From Octopus vulgaris (taxonomy: Eukaryota), in assembly GCA_951406725.2 (NCBI GenBank), contig OX597839.1:21266001-21330000 (forward strand): a stretch of DNA of 64,000 nt, read 5' to 3'. This document shows, piece by piece, positions 51,174-63,277 of the stretch. The notes under the pieces were generated by a model. That model made no database searches, was not told the origin of the DNA, and was given only the letters and a program-made list of their open reading frames with translations. Numbering within the stretch: position 1 is the stretch's first letter; each line of letters begins with the position of its first letter. The position numbers and the translations under genes are program-made.

Positions 51174-52373
51174 TGTAGACATAAACATACAAACATATAC
51201 AGATATATCATATATACACACAGTATGCACGTGCATGAACACACAGACACACACACAATGAACCAAATACAAAAATACATTTACATACAAAACATATATG
51301 TGTGTGTATATATCATAAACATGCAACAAGAATCAACATACATCACATGACCCATGACAAATGATTATCTTTGTCAATAATTCATGTAACAGGAATTAGA
51401 TTGAAGACAAAAACCTCTGAGAAGAAAAAACATTCCGTCTTAAAATGCTGCTTCGAATAAGAAACAAACTAAAACGAAGATTTAAGGCAAGATTAAAGGT
51501 AATCGGGTTTGGTCCCTACCACCACCACCATTGTAGGGAGCTGTAGTTGTTGTTGTTGTTGGAGAGAAGAGAAAATGGTAATTCTACAGACAAAGAACTA
51601 CCTCACATTGGTTGTTTATACAGAAGCATACACACACACACACACACACACGTGCACACACACACACATTCAGCAGTAATTTTACAAACCAACACAGCAG
51701 GAATCTGTCTCCAGAGAAGGAATTACCCAAATGTATTAGCAGCAGACATCTTTGAAGTTGCTGCAGAATCAGCATTATGATGATGACGATGGTGGTGGCA
51801 GTGGTGGTGGCGGTGGCGGTGGTGGTGGTGATGAGAGTAGTGATGATGACGATGATGCATCTGGCAATACTGCAGTCTGTGCTTCCCAGTGGATTCTCTC
51901 TCTACAACTGCTTCAAAAGCACACAGGGTAGTAATAATGGTTGGTATTTACAGTCAGTAGAAAACCGAATGTGGTTACCTGTTCGTGTGTACGCAGGGGT
52001 GTGTGTGTGTATGTGTTCACACATGAATCTGAATGGATGTTTATGTGTCTAAGTGATTGTGTGTCTTGAGTGTGTGCACGTGCATGTGTGCAAATATCAG
52101 TGTTAAGGTGTGTGTGTGGACAGTTTGTTAAAGGGAGTGAAGAAGGGTTCTGTAGTCCAAGGTGAGGTAACGAGAGGTGAAGGTGGTCATTGTAGCCCAG
52201 GTGAGGATGTTCACTCTGGTCCATGAAATAAAAAGAAAGGGAAGTAATGCTGATAGTGTGTGAGGGAGAGGTGGAGAGGGTAAGCGTTTTGAAAAGCTAA
52301 AGTATTTTGAAATACTTAACAATTTGTCACTGAAGAAACTTCAATGCGGGTAGCTTGACTTACTAGAAATAAC

Positions 52374-52786
52374 TACTCTTTACTCTTTTTACTTGTTTCA
52401 GTCATTTGACTGCGGCCATGCTGGAGCACCGCCTTTAGTCGAGCAAATCGACCCTGGGACTTATTCTTTGTAAGCCCAGTACTTATTCTATCGGTCTCTT
52501 TTGCCGAACCGCTAAGTGACGGGGACGTAAACACACACCAGCATCGGTTGTCAAGCAATGCTACGGGGAACAAACACAGACACACAAACATATACACACA
52601 CACATATATATATACATATATACGACAGGCTTCTTTCAGTTTCCGTCTACCAAATCCACTCACAAGGCATTGGTCGGCCCGGGGCTATAGCAGAAGACAC
52701 TTGCCCAAGATGCCACGCAGTGGGACTGAACCCGGAACCATATGGTTGGTTAGCAAGCTACTTACCAAACAGCCACTCCTGCGCCT
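52374..52786 (-). mobile_element. SINE family A inserted into a family E copy
   Basis: Full length; E sequence tactagaaataa|...|ctcaaatcaaac continues across the insert. Confidence 0.92.
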
Positions 52787-53239
52787 ATGTCTTTCTCAAA
52801 TCAAACTTTACTATCTTAAAAAGAAAGGATAAATTGGAGAGTGTATTGCTTGATAAAAAATAGGTTGGATGGTCATATTGGACTCAGAACCAGACACCTA
52901 CATCCGACTACCATCTTGTTACACTGAACCCTCATACATCATTGTATGTCAGTGTGTATAATAAGGTCATCTTAGTTTATCTGTAAGCTACAGATGATGC
53001 TCAATCAGAGCTGACTGGGTTCAAGTCACCTCCACAGGCATTCTAACCCTCTCATTACTCATATTTTGTGTAAAGCTTCAGGCCCCACACTGGCATGGGA
53101 TATAGGGTGGACAATTTGAGAGGCGCCAAAGGACTGTATCAAGTCCCAGTGTTTGATCTGGCTTGATTTCTATAGCTGGGTACCTTTCCTTATACCAACC
53201 ACTTTACAAAGTGGACCAGGTGATTTTTTTTTCATGAGG

Positions 53240-53623
53240 ATCAGAATGGAAATCGATCAATGGAAATTGCAGATGTGTTACCAGTGCCGGTGGCATGTAA
53301 GAGAACCTTTCGTTTCGCGACCGTTGCCAGCACCGCTCCGTTTCGTGTCCGTTACCAGCCTCGCCTGGCCCTCGTGCCGGTGGCACATAAAAAGCACCAT
53401 CCGTTCGTGGCCGTTTGCCAGCTCTGTCTGGCACCTGTGCGGGTGGCACGTAAAAAGCACCCACTACACTCACGGAGTGGTTGGCGTTAGGAAGGGCATC
53501 CAGCCGTAGAAACACTGCCAGATTTGACTGGGCCTGATGAAGCCTTCTGGCTTCACAGACCCCAGTAGAACCGTCCAACCCATGCTAGCATGGAAAACGG
53601 ACGCTAAACGATGATGATGATGA
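53240..53623 (+). mobile_element. Family C variant (RTE 3' UTR)
   Basis: gtgccggtggcac hairpin repeats, conserved tail, (GAT)n. Confidence 0.88.
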
Positions 53624-54154
53624 CATCTGGATCAGTAAGGTCACCAAGTAACTTGCGAGACAAAGAAAAAGGTCCTTCGAGTAAGTGGGGCTGTAGTAGA
53701 GAGGGCAGTGGCTTTATGCCAGGTGTTGAGAGGTTCAAGTATATTAAGCCTCCAATATAATGAAAACTCATGAGTCTATTCAATCAGGACTAAACAACAT
53801 AAAACATTTTATAAGTTATTCTCCACAACGACATACACAGGCACCAGGTCCAACCACTGCAATGTTATACATATGCACCAGAACCACAGATCGCATGAGT
53901 TATGTCTATTTCTTTGGCTGACAAACTGAATGTCTGGTGCAATTCAGTCCCAATGTTTTTGCAATTCCTGGTAAGCATCTGGTCCGATTGCCTCAAGTTG
54001 GTAAATACATTTGGAATGGAAATTGGTATAGGGAAACAGCATGGAAGCCCACCGCCTATATATTTATATGTCTTTAGATATTTTTTCAGAGATGTATATC
54101 AGTGGAATATGTAAATATAGCAAGAAAACTGACAAAACAGTGCTTTTTAATCTA

Positions 54155-54754
54155 TATTTCTTTATTACCCACAAGGGGCTAAACACAGAGGGGACAAACA
54201 AGGACAGACAAAGGGATTAAGTTGACTACATCGACCCCAGTGCGTAACTGGTACTTAATTTATCGACCCCGAAAGGATGAAAGGCAAAGTCGATCTCGGC
54301 GGAATTTGAACTCAGAACGTATAGGCAGACGAAATACCTATTTCTTTATTACCCTCAAGGGGCTAAACACAGAGGGGACAAACAAGGACAGACAAAGGGA
54401 TTAAGTTGACTACATCGACCCCAGTGCGTAACTGGTACTTAATTTATCGACCCCGAAAGGATGAAAGGCAAAGTCGACCTCGGCGGAATTTGAACTCGGA
54501 ACGTAGCGGGCAGACGAAATACCTATTTCTTTACTACCCATAAGGGGCTAAACACAGAGGGGACAAACAAGGACAGACAAAGGGATTAAGTTGACTACAT
54601 CGACCCCAGTGCGTAACTGGTACTTAATTTATCGACCCCGAAAGGATGAAAGGCAAAGTCGACCTCGGCGGAATTTGAACTCGGAACGTAATGACAGACG
54701 AAATACGGCTACGAATTTCGCCCGGTGTGCTAACGTTTCTGCCAGCTCCCCGCC
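54155..54754 (-). mobile_element. SINE family B trimer
   Basis: Three ~185-bp units with identical junctions gaaatac|ctatttc at ~54338 and ~54523; only one head. Confidence 0.92.
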
Positions 54755-54782
54755 TTTTGAATATAACTACCTCGAGTGTTAT

Positions 54783-55090
54783 GTGAAGGTACACGGCTTA
54801 GGGGTTAGGGGTAATCGGCTCATGATTGTAAGGTCATGAGTTCACTTCCTGGGGACGTGTTGTGTCCTTGACCAAGACACATTATTTCATGTTGCTTCAG
54901 TCCAATTGGCTGGCAAAAAATGAGTAGTACCTGTAATTCAAAGGGTCAGAATTGCTCCATTCTGTGTCTTACTGGATCTCCCTGAGAACTACATTAAGGG
55001 TGCTCAACCACCTGCACATTAATTCCATGAATAGGTTGTTCCATTGATTGAATCAACTAGAACCCTCATTGACATAACCAACAGAATGGT
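54783..55090 (+). mobile_element. Old SINE family D copy
   Basis: Collinear with 34241-34565. Confidence 0.8.
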
Positions 55091-55739
55091 CAGGACCTTG
55101 TGTGGTATTTGGTTTTGCCAAGTTCCATAGACTCTCGCTTATCACTTTTGATAGTGGGACCAACCAATAACACTATTCACAGAGTGAGATACAAACAAAA
55201 GATTGATCTCTTTGACCACAGCACACTTGGCACTATACAACACATACCCCCACACATCAATAATGACACAATGGTTCAACTCCCAGCAAGTCCCCAGTTT
55301 TGTTTACCTTTCATAGAAGCATTTTTGTATTAGCATCCATCCACACTTTATAAAAATAAAACATGTAAACAAATATTGATTTATCGCCCACAAACAGACA
55401 GACATGAGTGTAAAGAATAGAATCTTGACCTTTCATGATCGGGGATGATCTGTCAATCTGTAATCAACTTACATTGACCTTTTACAATAGAAATATCTCA
55501 GTAGATATTCTCCAGTTAGACACACAAAATGGAGAGAGTAGAAGGCCTGACCAAAATCTATGACTTTATATGATGGCCCCACATCTCTTGAAGTAGTAGG
55601 GAGTCAGTCAAATAATATAGATGCATAATTCAGGTTTCACACAATTAAACATATACGTGATGTGTGTGTAGGCATATATGTATATTTATCCATATATGTG
55701 TATGCATATATAAGTGTGTGTGTGTGTGTGTGTATAAAT

Positions 55740-55893
55740 ACAGACATGGTTGTGTGTTAAGAAGCTTGCTTCTTAATCACATAGTTTCCGGTTCAGTCCC
55801 ACTGCATAGCACCTTGGGCAAGTGTCTTCTACTTTAACCTTGAATCAACCAGAGCTTTGTGAGTGGATTTGGTAGATGGACACTAAAAGAAAC

Positions 55894-55925
<32 letters not shown>

Positions 55926-56245
55926 CTGTGCTTGAGAAGACCTGTTGAGTCAAGTGAAATCCAGCTGTAGGAACGGTGCCAGTCAAAGCATTCAACCCAT
56001 GCCAGCATGGAAAATGGACATTAAATGATGATGTTGATGTATATATCTATGTGTCTGTGCCCCCCCCCCCACTGTATGACAACCAGTTTTTTGGTGTGTG
56101 TCTGTCCCTGCAACTTAGTGGTTCAGCAAAAGGGAATGACAGAATAAGCACCAGACTTTAAAAAAAAAATAAGGACTGCTCGACCACAATTCAAGACAAT
56201 ACCCCAGCATGGCCACAGTGTAATAACTAAAACAAGTAAAAAGTA
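55740..56245 (+). mobile_element. Old SINE A interrupted by a deleted family C fragment
   Basis: A head, (TA)n, C fragment at ~55927-56040, then the A 3' half. Confidence 0.75.
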
Positions 56246-56477
56246 AAATGTACATACATACATACACGTGAAGAGGGTATCTCTAAAAACTGTATTCCCA
56301 CTTTAACAAGTGATGACTCAATTTGCGTTTGTTTTTATTTTTAAACTATTAGAAATAACAAAGGGAGCCAGACAAAGCTTTGGATAAAAGAAATTTAGGA
56401 TAAAAGTGCAACAGGAAGTTTGAAAATGCAAAGACAGTTTAGGAGGAAGCTTGAAAGAGATCCTCTGACATGATTAA

Positions 56478-56697
56478 CCCTTTAGTGTTTAAACCGGCCA
56501 TATCCGGCCCAAATATTCTACATGTTTTATATTCAAACTGGCGATATCTAGCCTCTCACACCTAACCTACAGTGACATTCTAAAAATAAACAATCACATC
56601 ATTGAAATCTCAAAGCAGCAAGGCAATGCATGATTGATTAAAAATAATTTGAGTAAAAAAATATTACAATTAACAGAGTAATCTGAACACAAAAGGG
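56478..56697. mobile_element. P1 MITE (220 bp)
   Basis: TTAA TSD. Confidence 0.9.
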
Positions 56698-57038
56698 TTA
56701 ATCCATCACTTGAATCAGAGATAAGTTTGAAGTAGATGAAACTGTTACAAATGTCCACAAGGAGTGTCCCAGATGACCACAGACATCAATGAGCACTACA
56801 AAGCAAGAAAAGGTCCTAGAAATAAATTGCCAGCATTCCAAAAAAAAAAAAAAATCTTTGTGCCAAACAACTCATGAGATAGGAATTTCAAAATCAAGGC
56901 CCCCACTGCATCATGCAGCACTGTCACTGGGAAAGTTACATTCCAAAAATGGTCCTTGCTCTACATTCCAAAAATGGTCCTTGCTCTTAAATATAATAAA
57001 AATCACATAGCCATCATCATTTTAACATCTACTATGCC

Positions 57039-57268
57039 TATTTCTTTATTACCCACAAGGGGCTAAACACAGAGGGGACAAACAAGGACAGACATAGGTA
57101 TTAAGTCGATTACATTGACCCCAGTGCGTAACTGGTACTTAATTTATCGACCCCGAAAGGATGAAAGGCAAAGTCGACCTCGGCGGAATTTGAACTCACA
57201 ACGTAACGATAGACGAAATACGGCTACGCATTTCGCCCGGCGTGCTAACGTTTCTGCCAGCTCGCCGC
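57039..57268 (-). mobile_element. SINE family B monomer, full length
   Basis: TSD ctatgcc (57032-57038, 57269-57275). Confidence 0.92.
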
Positions 57269-57617
57269 CTATGCCATGCTTGCATGGGTTAGATCGAGTT
57301 CATTGAGACAGATTCTCTATGGCTAGATGTCCTTCCTGTTTGCAACTGACACCTGTTTCCAAAAAAGGTCATGTTTGCCCAATAGCCAGACATACTTGTG
57401 CAGAATATTAAAAATGAATGACACAGCTTGTATGACAGTGACCATGATTTACAGCATGCAAAGTCAAGGCAAAGGGATACAAACATGCCACACACTCACA
57501 CAAACACTTCTTTCAAATTACCAAATCCAATGAGAAGGCTTTGGTCAACCAGGAGCCACAGTAGATAATACTTCATCACCAAAGTGTGGATCTGAACCAA
57601 AGACCATATATATATTA

Positions 57618-58033
57618 CTAGCAGCATAGTCCAGCGTTGCCCGGGTATGTAAGAGACCCTAGTAGGCAACGGCTAATCCCAATCGTGTCCTTTCTCTCTA
57701 AGGAACGAAGGCGCATGTGTAGGTTGCAATGTCTTCTCTTCACTCGAATACTTCTGTGTATACGATGTTCCTAGCTGTCCCTTTGGGCGATAAAAAGGTC
57801 GAGTTGTGTCCCCTAGACAGAAAATGTGTTGCATATAAAAAGCTTAGATTCTCGACCCCATGTCGAATTTATCGATTTTTTCAGAACTGGGGGAACTTTT
57901 CAAAATTTTCACTGCGTCAGTTGGGCTATGTGTGTGTCAAGTTTCATCAGAATCGGTTGAAAGCCGTGGTGAGGGTGAGGGTACAACCTGACAGACACAC
58001 AGACAGACAAACTGCCGTTTATATAGAGAGAGA
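57618..58033 (-). mobile_element. Non-autonomous Helitron (416 bp)
   Basis: Minus strand A|TCTCTCTCTATATAAACGGCAG-(TGTC)n...CCCGGGCAACGCTGGA (3' hairpin)...CTAG|T; no TSD. Confidence 0.9.
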
Positions 58034-58362
58034 TTTAGGAGTCGGCCATAACCAGGTGAAACTAGTTGAAGTTCTTTGGTTTATTCTACAGAGAAAGCTC
58101 TGTGGTTTAACATAGGGTCTGAATGCAGGCATGGAAATTTATACACACACGGAACCCTGTTGAGTAGTCAGTGCCATAAAACTATGGTAAATACTGACTG
58201 GAGAGGGAGAAATAGAGAGAAAAATGGTTAGACAAACAGAGGAGTATACAAAAAGATAAATTACAAATGAATTAGATGCTTGGCATTAAATTTTCATAGA
58301 ATTACTTTGACCTTGTCAGAAGTTTAACATCAACGACCTTTGATGTAAACAGTAACTTAGAT

Positions 58363-58587
58363 CAGTGGTTCTGAACCCTTTTTTCTTTTTTTACCTATAG
58401 ACCCTTTTGGTTCCTATTTCATTCTACTTGAGCCCTCACAGGGCTTTAAATATTTTTATGATTAAATATTAGGAATTGTATGAAAACAATTGTTGAAATA
58501 TTTTGTGTATTGAAGAAATTTAACCAATTTTATTGCACCTGAATTTTAACAGCAAAATCTTATGTGGACCCCAGGTGAGAACCAGTG
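58363..58587. mobile_element. hAT (Charlie-type) MITE
   Basis: CAGTGGTTCTGAACC...GGTGAGAACCAGTG; 8-bp TSD acttagat/gtttagat (6 of 8 match, TAGA core). Confidence 0.8.
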
Positions 58588-59085
58588 GTTTAGATGGGTG
58601 GGGGAGTACAGTAGGGTGTAATTCTGGACTTGATACAACAGGGAGGTTGTGAAATATATGCATGGGTAGAGGCAAATAGTGCACCTGAGTTTTGTTAAGG
58701 GCAGATGACTTCATTGAAGTGGCCCCCAATGTGGTTTAGAAAGAAACCAACACCAAAAGTGTATGTGGAGGGTTTTTTTGTTTTTGTTTTTTATATATAC
58801 TGGATGAGAGGTTAACTAATTTAATGAGGTTAAATAGATGACTGCAGAAGATATATGTGAAAGGGAACAAGAAACAGATGAGAGGGAGGGAGTGAGAGAG
58901 AGAGAGGCAATGCAAGAGGGAGGGAGAGGGAAATGAGAAAAAGAAAGGGAGAACAATAATGGGGCAAAGAGAGGAATAAAAAGGACATAAAGAAAGATGA
59001 GGCAAGAGAGAAAGAAAAAGAGAGAAGCTGAAGTCTTAGTGGAGAGTTAAGGGTGTGTGTGTGTGTGTAAAATATAGTCATATCT

Positions 59086-59249
59086 GTTTCTTTACTACCC
59101 ACATGGAGCTAAACATAGAGGGGACAAACAAGGACAGACTAACGGATCGAGTCGATTACATCGAACCTAGTGCGTAACTGGTACTTAATTTATCGACCCC
59201 GAAAGGATGAAAGGCAAAGTCGACCTCGGCGGGATTTGAACTCAGAACG
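59086..59249 (-). mobile_element. SINE family B, 5'-truncated
   Basis: TSD tagtcatatct (59075-59085, 59250-59260). Confidence 0.9.
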
Positions 59250-59327
59250 TAGTCATATCTTTTAACTTATAAACAGAAAAGATTAACTCACATCTTCACC
59301 TTAACTGAAAAGATTAATGAGTTTTTA

Positions 59328-60044
59328 GGATATTTTCCTTTTGAACGGCAGACAATTTCTAGTTAACTAAACACTTTTAAACTTCGTATACTGATAGAAT
59401 GTGTCAAAATAAAACATTTTTTTCTCTTGGCTTTCTTGAGAAAATTGTAATTTGTTTGTTTAACGTAGTTTAATTTTTGGAATTTTAACCAATCAATGGC
59501 CTCTATTGTGCTAAAATCATTTGCTGCGTCTAAAATAGACAACATCTGTCACTAACCCTAACCCTAAATTTTAACCTTTAGTTTTTTTTTTTCTTAATTG
59601 TTAAATTAATTTAAGGATAACAATTAAGAAAAAAAACAAAAACGAAAGGCTAAAACAAAAGCAATGGAAAATAATTTTAATTTAACAATTGAGAAAAAAA
59701 CGAAAGCAAAAACTCAAAACAAAAACAAAACGAATAATTTTAGACAGACGTATAACAATTAAATTAATTTAACAATTAAGAAAAAAAACGAAAGGCTAAA
59801 ATTTAGGGTTAGGGTGAGGGTTAGTGATAGGATGTTGTCTGTTTTAGACGCAGCACAATAGAGGCCATCGATTGGTTAAAATTCCAAAAATTAAACTACG
59901 TTAAACTTACAAATTACAATTTTCTCAAGAAAGCCAAGAGAAAAAAATGTTTTATTTTGAAACATTCTATCAGTATACGAAGTTTAAAAGTGTTTAGTTA
60001 ACTAGAAATTGTGTTGAAAACTGCCATTCAAAAGGAAAAGATCC
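59328..60044. mobile_element. Foldback DNA transposon with ~290-bp TIRs containing telomere-like TAACCC/GGGTTA repeats (MULE-like)
   Basis: ggatattttccttttgaa...ttcaaaaggaaaagatcc; flanks gagttttta/gagtttta; shares internal motifs with 44675-45397. Confidence 0.88.
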
Positions 60045-60226
60045 GAGTTTTACTCTTCAATTAAGAGAAATAATTCTTGGTATTTTTTTTTATCTTTTAC
60101 TTGTTTTGGTCATTAGACTGCGGCCATGCTGGGGCACCACCTTGAACACCACATGAGTGGAATTTGCTAGACAATAAATTGTGCAAAGCCCTGTTTTAGT
60201 GGTTCAACAGTAAAGATCAATGAAAT

Positions 60227-60591
60227 GTTAGTTAGTTAGTTAGTTAGTTAGTTAATTTGGCTCAAAAGCAAATAGCAAGGCCATGTAGGGGGACATGGAG
60301 TTAAGTACAGGGTGGTGTTCATGTAAAGAGTTCAGGCCACTTGAGGTCCAGGGAGGCTTTGAACAAAGGTCGAGCGTCCTCAGCCTTTCTTCGTAGGACA
60401 AATTTTTGAGACCATGAACCATGCGGGTAGCCAGCCTCTGGACTCTTTCGAGGTGCTGTATGTCTTTGAGGAGATAAGGAGAAGAGGCTTGAATCCCATA
60501 CTCCAATATGGGTCTCACCAGCGTGACATAGAGTGGCAGGAATATGGCTGCTGTGAGCATTCCGAATGACCGTCGAATCAAAAACAGAATA
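60227..60591 (-). pseudogene. CR1 LINE 3' fragment with internal deletion and (TAAC)n tail
   Basis: ILFLIRRSF...LYVTLVRPILEYGIQASSPYLLKDIQHLERVQRLATRMVHGLKNLSYEERLRTLDL, then a jump to FKASLDLKWPELFT*. Confidence 0.9.
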
Positions 60592-61264
60592 AGTATCAAG
60601 TGGAAATAATTAAAACCCTTAAAGGTTGCTCCAGCATGGCTACAGCCCAGTGAATGCAGCTATTAAAATTTCATATATCATCATCATTTAAGGGCCATGT
60701 TCTATGCTGGAACAGATTGCATGGTTTGGAAGGACTGCATTGTGCCACAATGGTTACTTTGACATGGTTTCTATTGTTGGACACCCTTCCTAAACCCATC
60801 CATTTTACAGCATGTACTGGGTAACTTTTTGGTACCAGCTGAGCTATTGAGGTCACCATACAGCTGAAAGGACTATGAAGTATAGGGAAGGTGGGGAGAG
60901 GCCAACTGCATGCTAGGAGACAATGTGTTAGACTGTGAGGAGGTACAGGGGCTAGAGCAGGTTCTTGAAGAGAATCCCTATGTAGTAGGGGAAGAGGAGG
61001 TAGAGGAAAGAGAATGATCAGTAGGGGTCACAAAGAGATAATGCTGATGAGGATCCCAAATGCCCCCACATACACACACACACACACACAAGGTGAACAG
61101 AAATGGGTAGGAGGGTGGTACATGACCAAAGAGGTTGGAGGCTAAAGAGAACAGAAAGGAGTAATGGAATGGCAGGTGGTGGGGAGATGAGCTGTTTTTA
61201 CTGGGGCAGGAAAATCTGAGGTCAAAGAATAATAGAAAAGAGTCTTCCAGAGGTGTCATAGTAC

Positions 61265-61486
61265 CTATTTCTTTACTACCCACAAGGGGCTAAACACAGA
61301 GAGGACAAACAAGGACAGACAAAGGGATTGAGTCGATTACATCGACCCCAGTTCGCAACTGGTACTTAATCCCCGAAAGGATGAAAGGCAAAGTCGACCT
61401 CGGCGGAATTTGAACCCAGAACGTAACGGCAGACGAAATACGGCTACGTATTTCGCCCGGCGTGCTAACGTTTCTGCCAGCTCGCC
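61265..61486 (-). mobile_element. SINE family B monomer
   Basis: Family B body with a small deletion. Confidence 0.9.
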
Positions 61487-61897
61487 TCAGTGCTCTAGAG
61501 TTCGGCCCACCATTCAATCACAGTACCCTTGAATCTGCTGGTTTTATGATGATGATGATATTGTCACAGCAATGAAGAGAGCAGAGAGTTCGGCCCAGGA
61601 GATAGTTATGCACTGAAATGCTTCTGGAAGTCAAACAATCCACTGAATGATAGCAATGAACTTTTGAGATCATCTCCACTTCTCATATGGTGAAGGTCTT
61701 AACTGCTATTTGATAATTATGACACAACCTCAAGAGGCAGAGATAATTTTTATAAATCAAGGATTTATGCTGTATGCTATTTGATATACCTGTATTTGCA
61801 CATGTGTAGTGTGTGTGTGTGTGCGTGTGTAATCATCGTGTAATCATCATATATATACACACACACATATATATATATAATGTGTGTGTGTGTGTGT

Positions 61898-62205
61898 GAC
61901 CACATGTGTACCATTGGCGATTTTTTTTCCTCTGTCTCTGTCTTCCCTTCTCCTATGTTTCCGACGAAGAGCTCAGCTCGAAACATTAAACCCTCCTTCT
62001 TTCCTGAGCGTCCAATAATACTATATTTGTTCCACGTCTTCGCGTTGTGTTTTTTTGTGCTTTTCTATTTTTTCCCCTCATAATACTTTCTATTGAAAAG
62101 TGTGGTCTCAAAACGTAAAAGACTTTTCCATTCTTCCTGAGAGTTAAACTAATACACTTGTTTATCACTCCTTCACCTGTCTTCGTCTTCTGTAAATTTG
62201 AACTG
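61898..62205 (+). mobile_element. Penelope-like terminal repeat fragments carrying two degenerate minimal hammerhead motifs
   Basis: gttt-CCGACGA-a-GAGC tca GCTC-GAAA-ca-TT-aaac (61957-61991) and cttt-CTATTGA...ctc-AAAA-cg-TA-aaag (62086-62121); embedded between (TG)n tracts. Confidence 0.6.
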
Positions 62206-63277
62206 TGTGTGTGTGTGTGTGTGTGTAAAAAAAAAACACCCAGTACACTCTGTGGAGTGGTTGGTGATAGGAAGGGCATCCAGTTGCCAAAGCAGGCACA
62301 GAACCTGGTGGAGCTATCTGGCTTGTCTATTCTTGTCAAACCATCCAACGCATACCAGCCAGGAAAAAAGGATGATGGGGATATATGTATGTATACGGTG
62401 TTGAGGGGGACAGTGATGTAGATGGTGGAGAGGGGTGATGACGCAGGGGGGGGGGAGCGGTGAGACAGCCATCGTTGTAGGTGATTGAGTGGGGATGGAC
62501 CTGTCAGTCCAGCAGCAGTGACCCAACAAGGCTTTCCACAATATAAACATGCTATTGTTTCAGTTTCAGCTCAGCTTTTTACTGAACAGAACTATGACTA
62601 TGTTGCTTAGTTTTTCAAACCTCATTAAATACATTCCTTCTTTGTGTGACACTGTAGGTGGCGATTTGATGAAGATTTTTGATAGCTATTTCTACCAGGT
62701 GGAGTAAACCGAATGAAGACCTGTCCCTTTTTGGCTCAGCTTCGTAGGAAGTGTTGGTTGTTGTGGTGGTAGTAGTAGAGGAGGTGGTGGTGGCTGTTGG
62801 GAGTAGTCGTGCAGTGCCTGTGAATGACTAACACATGTGTGCAGCAAATAAAAATATAAAAAAGCTATGCACATCATTTTCCAGCACAGGAACAGTAAGG
62901 AACGGCAGAGAGAGAGAGAGAGAGAGAGAGACTATTGATATCACTGATCAGAACGACTTCCCACTCCCCCACCCCCACACAAATAAACAATAGAATGCAC
63001 TAATCGACCTTACGGGTGCCACCCGACTTTCCTGCTTGCGTGCATACAACAGTGCGTCATCCTAGCCTCACCCTCTTGCTACATGAACAACAACAAAGAC
63101 AGCAGCTGATCTCAGGAAATAACTGATTCATTCTGTATATGTCTATGTGTCTGCTTTGTACTCGGATTTTATGCTTATGAAATTATATTTTTCAAAACAA
63201 TTGTTCTAGTCTTATATCCTTACACAAGCAATGGATGAGTGGATGTTTATACACAAATAGTCATGTAATTAAGGGTG

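Noticed and set aside
59553-59825. Interstitial telomere or chromosome fusion site
   Set aside because: Only 2-4 hexamers on each side, symmetrically placed within transposon TIRs.
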